Positions 28,057 to 31,463 of a stretch of DNA of 31,463 nucleotides are shown piece by piece. Made by a program: the position numbers and the translations under genes. The notes below the pieces were generated by a model that saw nothing but the letters and a program-made list of their open reading frames with translations, did not search any database and was not told the origin of the DNA. The stretch covers positions 1 through 31,463 of the forward strand of contig JAYZQJ010000288.1 in assembly GCA_036149055.1 (NCBI GenBank). The letters run 5' to 3'. The stretch is from Myxococcota bacterium (GTDB lineage: Bacteria > Myxococcota_A > Polyangia > Polyangiales > Sandaracinaceae). How positions within the stretch are numbered: the stretch's first letter is position 1; the number at the start of each line of letters is the position of its first letter.

Positions 28057-29025
28057 TCAGACCCGTGCCCGCTCCTGCCGCTCCTCGAGGTCGCGGCAGA
28101 GCGCCTGGAACCAGGCGACGCCCGCCTCGTGCGCGCGGCTCAGGGTGCCTTGCCGGTAGAGCCGGCTCCGGGCGCCTCGGGCCGCGCGCTCCACGATCGC
28201 GTCGTCCTCCGCCTCGACCGCGTCGAGCCCCGCGCCCGCGCCGCGCTCGCGCTTCGCCGGGTCGCTGACGTAGGCCCGGTAGACCACCCGGGTGCGGGTG
28301 GGCCCGAGCGGCTGCACCGCGTTCAGGCTCACGCCCCAGGGGTAGAGGTTGAGCGCGGTCAGGGGCCAGAGGAAGAGGTAGTAGCCGCCGACCCGGCGAC
28401 GGGCGTCGGGATGGTCGGCGGGCAGGTCGAACGCCGGCTCCCCGTCGGCCGCGTCGCCGATCTGCAGCGCCGAGCGCTCGAAGAGCTCGGTCGTGTAGCC
28501 GGTGAGGTCGAGCGCGCGGGTCAAGGAGGGGTGCACGTAGGGGATGTGCAGACCCTCGAGGTAGTTCTCGATCCAGAGCGGCCACGGCGCCTCGAGCGTG
28601 AAGGCGCGGTCGCCCGCCGGGTCGTGCGTGAGCGCGCCCCACGGGAAGAACGAGAGCCGGTCCCGGGTCGGGCCCACGAGCGCCTCGAACGCGGACTCGG
28701 GGTCGATCGACGCGAAGCGCATCGGGCCGAGCGAGGCGGACGCGAGCGCGGGGAGCGGCTCGTCCGGGATGGCGTCGAAGCCGGGCGCCGCGCTGACCGT
28801 TCCGTCGAGGCGGAAGCGCCGGCCGTGGTAGGGGCAGCGGATCGACGGGCCGTCGGTGGGCGCCTCGAGCAGGCACGCCGCCCGGTGCGTGCAGACGTTG
28901 GAGAGGACACGGTCCCGGGTGAGCAGCACCGGCTCGTCGAGCGCGCCCGGGAGCAGCGTCGCCGGCCACGCCGCGTGGGCCCGCTGGGTGTCGACGAAGC
29001 TCCAGGCGCGCGCGAGGTCGATCAT
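28057..29025 (-). CDS. Rieske non-heme iron oxygenase alpha subunit, choline-monooxygenase-like (~322 aa)
   Basis: Rieske ligands NVCTHRA and CPYHG. Mononuclear Fe motifs ENYLEGLHIPYVH and EAEDDAIVE. ATG overlaps the upstream TGA (ATGA). Confidence 0.88.
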   Translation of the reverse strand: MIDLARAWSFVDTQRAHAAWPATLLPGALDEPVLLTRDRVLSNVCTHRAACLLEAPTDGPSIRCPYHGRRFRLDGTVSAAPGFDAIPDEPLPALASASLGPMRFASIDPESAFEALVGPTRDRLSFFPWGALTHDPAGDRAFTLEAPWPLWIENYLEGLHIPYVHPSLTRALDLTGYTTELFERSALQIGDAADGEPAFDLPADHPDARRRVGGYYLFLWPLTALNLYPWGVSLNAVQPLGPTRTRVVYRAYVSDPAKRERGAGAGLDAVEAEDDAIVERAARGARSRLYRQGTLSRAHEAGVAWFQALCRDLEERQERARV

Positions 29026-29816
29026 CGCGCCGCCGCCCGGCGCGCGCGGAGCCCGAGCCAGCCCGCGAGCGCGAACGCCGGCAGCCAGAGGGCGAGGAAC
29101 CCGAAGAACGCCGGCGTGAACGGGCCCGGGCGGTCGCCGACGTAGGGCGCGACCGGGCCCACGCCGCTCAGCGCGATCTGGAGCGCGGGGCCGAAGCCCT
29201 GCGCGGCGCCCCACCAACTGAAGGCGGCCAGGAAGAGGAGATGGAAGCGGTGCTCCACCTCGCGGGGCGCGCGCGTCAGCCGGCTCGAGAGCGCCGCCGC
29301 GACCGAGAACGTGGCGATCATCCAGAGGGCGCCGGTCCACGGATCGAAGCGCAGCACGATCGCGATCGCCGCGAGCGCGCCGAGCCCCGCGAGCGACGGG
29401 CCGACGAGGCGCTCCGCCGGGTGGGCGCGTCTCCGGGCGAAGGCCGCCCAGCCGCGGCGCACGAAGAAGAGCACGCAGAGGGCGGCGTGCAGGAAGGCGA
29501 GCCGCGCCGGGATCGAGCTGGGCATGCCGAGCCCGGCGTGGGCGACGTGGTTCGCCTCGAAGCGGACGAGGAGGCGCACCAGATCGACCCCGATCCCGGT
29601 CACCGCGGCCGCGCCCATGCCCCAGAGGAACGCGGCGCCGACTCGCCGGTGCGCCGGGCCGCCCTTGCGCGCGAGCAGCGCGATCACGCCCGCGACGACC
29701 GCGGCGCCGGCGATCGCCGCGTGCACCCCGACCGCGAGCACGAAGGCGAGGTCCGCCGCGTCGCTGCCGTAGTCCACCGGCTTGTGGAGGAGCGCGGTGT
29801 GCGAGGGCTCGGGCAC
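29022..29816 (-). CDS. Integral membrane protein (DUF2306-like), 264 aa
   Basis: About 7 hydrophobic helices. H..IAG...G.IALLARKGGPAHRRVG motif. Confidence 0.7.
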   Translation of the reverse strand: MPEPSHTALLHKPVDYGSDAADLAFVLAVGVHAAIAGAAVVAGVIALLARKGGPAHRRVGAAFLWGMGAAAVTGIGVDLVRLLVRFEANHVAHAGLGMPSSIPARLAFLHAALCVLFFVRRGWAAFARRRAHPAERLVGPSLAGLGALAAIAIVLRFDPWTGALWMIATFSVAAALSSRLTRAPREVEHRFHLLFLAAFSWWGAAQGFGPALQIALSGVGPVAPYVGDRPGPFTPAFFGFLALWLPAFALAGWLGLRARRAAAR

Positions 29817-29842
29817 GCGCCGAGTATGGCCGGACGATCAGC

Positions 29843-30517
29843 TCACCGCGAACGCACGGCCACCTGGTGGACCAGGGTGACCCGGCGCCCCGGCGCGCCC
29901 TGGACGCGGAGCCGGGACACGACCCGATGGAGGCAGGTGGTGGCGCCGGGGTCCGCGCCCGACGGGAGGTCCGCCCGGATCAAGGTCAGCTGCCCGGTCC
30001 GCTCGACCGCCACCCGGAGGGTCGCCGACTCCGGGAGCCCGGCCGCTCCGAGGCAGCGCTGGAGCGCCCCGGTGCGGCTCGCCAGGGTGCGCCGTACCTC
30101 GGCCTCGGAGTACGCCGCGGCGTGGCGGGGCAGCGGCGGCTCGGGTCGCCCCTCGATCCGGAAGGTGTGGCGCGCGCTCACCGGCCGCGGCACCGCGTAT
30201 GGGGCGCGTCGCAGCGCGTCCCGCACCGCGCGCCCGACGCACGCCTCGAGCGCGCCGTCTCGGTGCCGGCTGCGGACCACGACGTGGATCCGGGCGCCGT
30301 ACATCGTGGCCGGGGGCGGCCCGGGGCGGACGCGCACCCGCACCTCGGCGAGGTGCGCCCCGGAGTCGGTCTCGCGCGCGCAACGCGAGACGGCGTGCTG
30401 CTGGGCGAGCACCAGCTGAGAGAGCGCGCCGGTGTGCAGGTCCGGCACCCGGTCGACCGGACGCTGGGCGGCCGCGGTCGCGGGCGCGAGCAGGGCGAGG
30501 AGGCAGAGGAGGCGCAT
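29843..30517 (-). CDS. Secreted protein with two AgmX/PglI C-terminal (TonB-C-like) domains, 224 aa
   Basis: Signal peptide MRLLCLLALLAPATAAA. Two repeats, each with a Cys pair: AVSRCA...LEACV and ALQRCL...LRVAVERTG...TTCL. Confidence 0.65.
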   Translation of the reverse strand: MRLLCLLALLAPATAAAQRPVDRVPDLHTGALSQLVLAQQHAVSRCARETDSGAHLAEVRVRVRPGPPPATMYGARIHVVVRSRHRDGALEACVGRAVRDALRRAPYAVPRPVSARHTFRIEGRPEPPLPRHAAAYSEAEVRRTLASRTGALQRCLGAAGLPESATLRVAVERTGQLTLIRADLPSGADPGATTCLHRVVSRLRVQGAPGRRVTLVHQVAVRSR

Positions 30518-30559
30518 GGCGGCTGGACTCTCCTACGTCCGCCGAGCTTGGATCTGGTT

Positions 30560-31132
30560 CTACCGGTCGCGCCAGCGGAGCACGACCTCCATGTGGGCGT
30601 CCCCGTCCTCGCCGCCGGCGATGACCCGGGCGGTCATGTCCTCGGCGCCGAGGTTCGACAGCACGCCTTCGATGCCGCCGATGAAGTCCCACCACATGAG
30701 CCGCGTGTAGCCGTGGTACTCGCGGAAGCGGTAGTGGATGTGCCCGTCCCCGGCGCTCACCACCTCGATCTCGCCGCCGTCGATGTAGCGCCGCGAGACG
30801 CGCATGCTCTGCTGGAGCGCGACCTGCGCGGTCATGAACAGGCGCACGACCTTGAACAGCGTCTTGAAGTCCGCGGCGACGGCCGCGCGGGACAGCAGGC
30901 GCACGCTGCCGGCGTCCCCCCGCGTCTCGGCGACGATGGCGTCGAGCAGCTTCCCGTACCAGCCGGCCGGATACCAGCCGCTCGCGAGCAGCGCGCCGTG
31001 GCGAACGCTCTCCCCGAGCTCCCCCGACAGCCTCTTCTCGACGCGCTGACGGACCTCGCCGCCGTGTTGTTTGCCGAGGGTCTTCAACGTCCCGAGGAAG
31101 TTGATCCCCTTGAGCTTTCGTTCGGCGCTCAC
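30560..31132 (-). CDS. Conserved hypothetical protein (myxobacterial DUF2378/V4R-like), 190 aa
   Basis: KG..F, GWYP, RRYIDGG.IEV, IGGIEGVL...GA pattern. Strong GC3 bias. Confidence 0.65.
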   Translation of the reverse strand: MSAERKLKGINFLGTLKTLGKQHGGEVRQRVEKRLSGELGESVRHGALLASGWYPAGWYGKLLDAIVAETRGDAGSVRLLSRAAVAADFKTLFKVVRLFMTAQVALQQSMRVSRRYIDGGEIEVVSAGDGHIHYRFREYHGYTRLMWWDFIGGIEGVLSNLGAEDMTARVIAGGEDGDAHMEVVLRWRDR

Positions 31133-31149
31133 GCGCGCGGAGCATACCA
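31133..31149 (-). promoter_or_regulatory. Extended -10 element (TGnTATGCT) 8 nt upstream of GTG 31132
   Basis: Minus strand reads TGG-TATGCT-CCGCGCGC-GTG. Confidence 0.45.
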
Positions 31150-31229
31150 GACGACGATCGCTCGAGAGGTGGCAACAATGGCGCCGGGGCAGTCCGAGCC
31201 CGCTTCCGCGACGACTGACCCGAGACGAC

Positions 31230-31463
31230 AGCAGCGACGAGCGCAGCGAGCTCGCCGCACGCGCGATCCCCCCGGGTTCGATCCCGCGGCAGCGGGCGGC
31301 CAGCTCGCGCGCAGCGCGAGCGCGAGCCGCAGGGCCCCCAGCGCCCCGCGCTGGGGTCGGGGCCGAGCGGAGCGAGGTCCCGGAGTGGGTGGGGGGGCCC
31401 CGCGGAGCGGGTGCAGCGATGTTTGCGGAGGCGTAGCCGGAGCGAACATCGTTGTGCCGGCGC
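31230..31463. repeat. GC-rich palindromic (REP-like) element with clustered GCGNAGC mini-hairpins
   Basis: GCGNAGC at 31241, 31309, 31367, 31402 and 31431. Imperfect inverted repeat CAGCGATGTTTGC/GCGAACATCGTTG (31414-31426/31442-31454). Shares segments with 129-143 and 17013-17040. Confidence 0.6.

Noticed and set aside
18517..29025. Choline/betaine/sarcosine catabolic cluster (DAO-family oxidase plus Rieske oxygenase)
   Set aside because: The genes are over 8 kb apart with unrelated genes between them, and substrates cannot be assigned from motifs.
31272..31288. tRNA T-arm-like GGGTTCGATCCC
   Set aside because: The stem mispairs at the third position with a 7-nt loop, and no acceptor stem, D-arm or anticodon arm can be built.

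Overview
Very GC-rich bacterial window whose gene content (Ser/Thr kinases with PEGA/TPR partners, Cys-rich repeat lipoproteins, AgmX/PglI-type and V4R-like hypothetical proteins) points to a myxobacterium, probably Polyangiales/Sandaracinaceae-like (inference). It has 20 intact CDS and one frameshifted lipoprotein gene, and both ends carry palindromic GC-rich repeats that probably mark contig ends. No rRNA, tRNA, CRISPR array or transposase was recognised. The standout is a ~1568-aa fusion at 11800-16506 with the order gamma-glutamylcyclotransferase / MAPR-type cytochrome-b5-like / IDO-like heme domain / FAD-NADPH reductase / cytochrome b5 / helical region / STAS-SEC14-like domain. It looks like a self-sufficient heme oxygenase carrying its own electron chain, and it is transcribed divergently from a kinase-STAND NTPase-TPR gene. 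Also notable are a protein with two RelA/SpoT-type HD hydrolases plus a 2H phosphoesterase (6154-7566), a SEC-C/coiled-coil protein ending in a RelE-like domain (311-2356) in the same probable operon, and a Cys-rich lipoprotein with a MepA-like peptidoglycan endopeptidase domain. All domain calls are motif recognition by eye; no searches were run.
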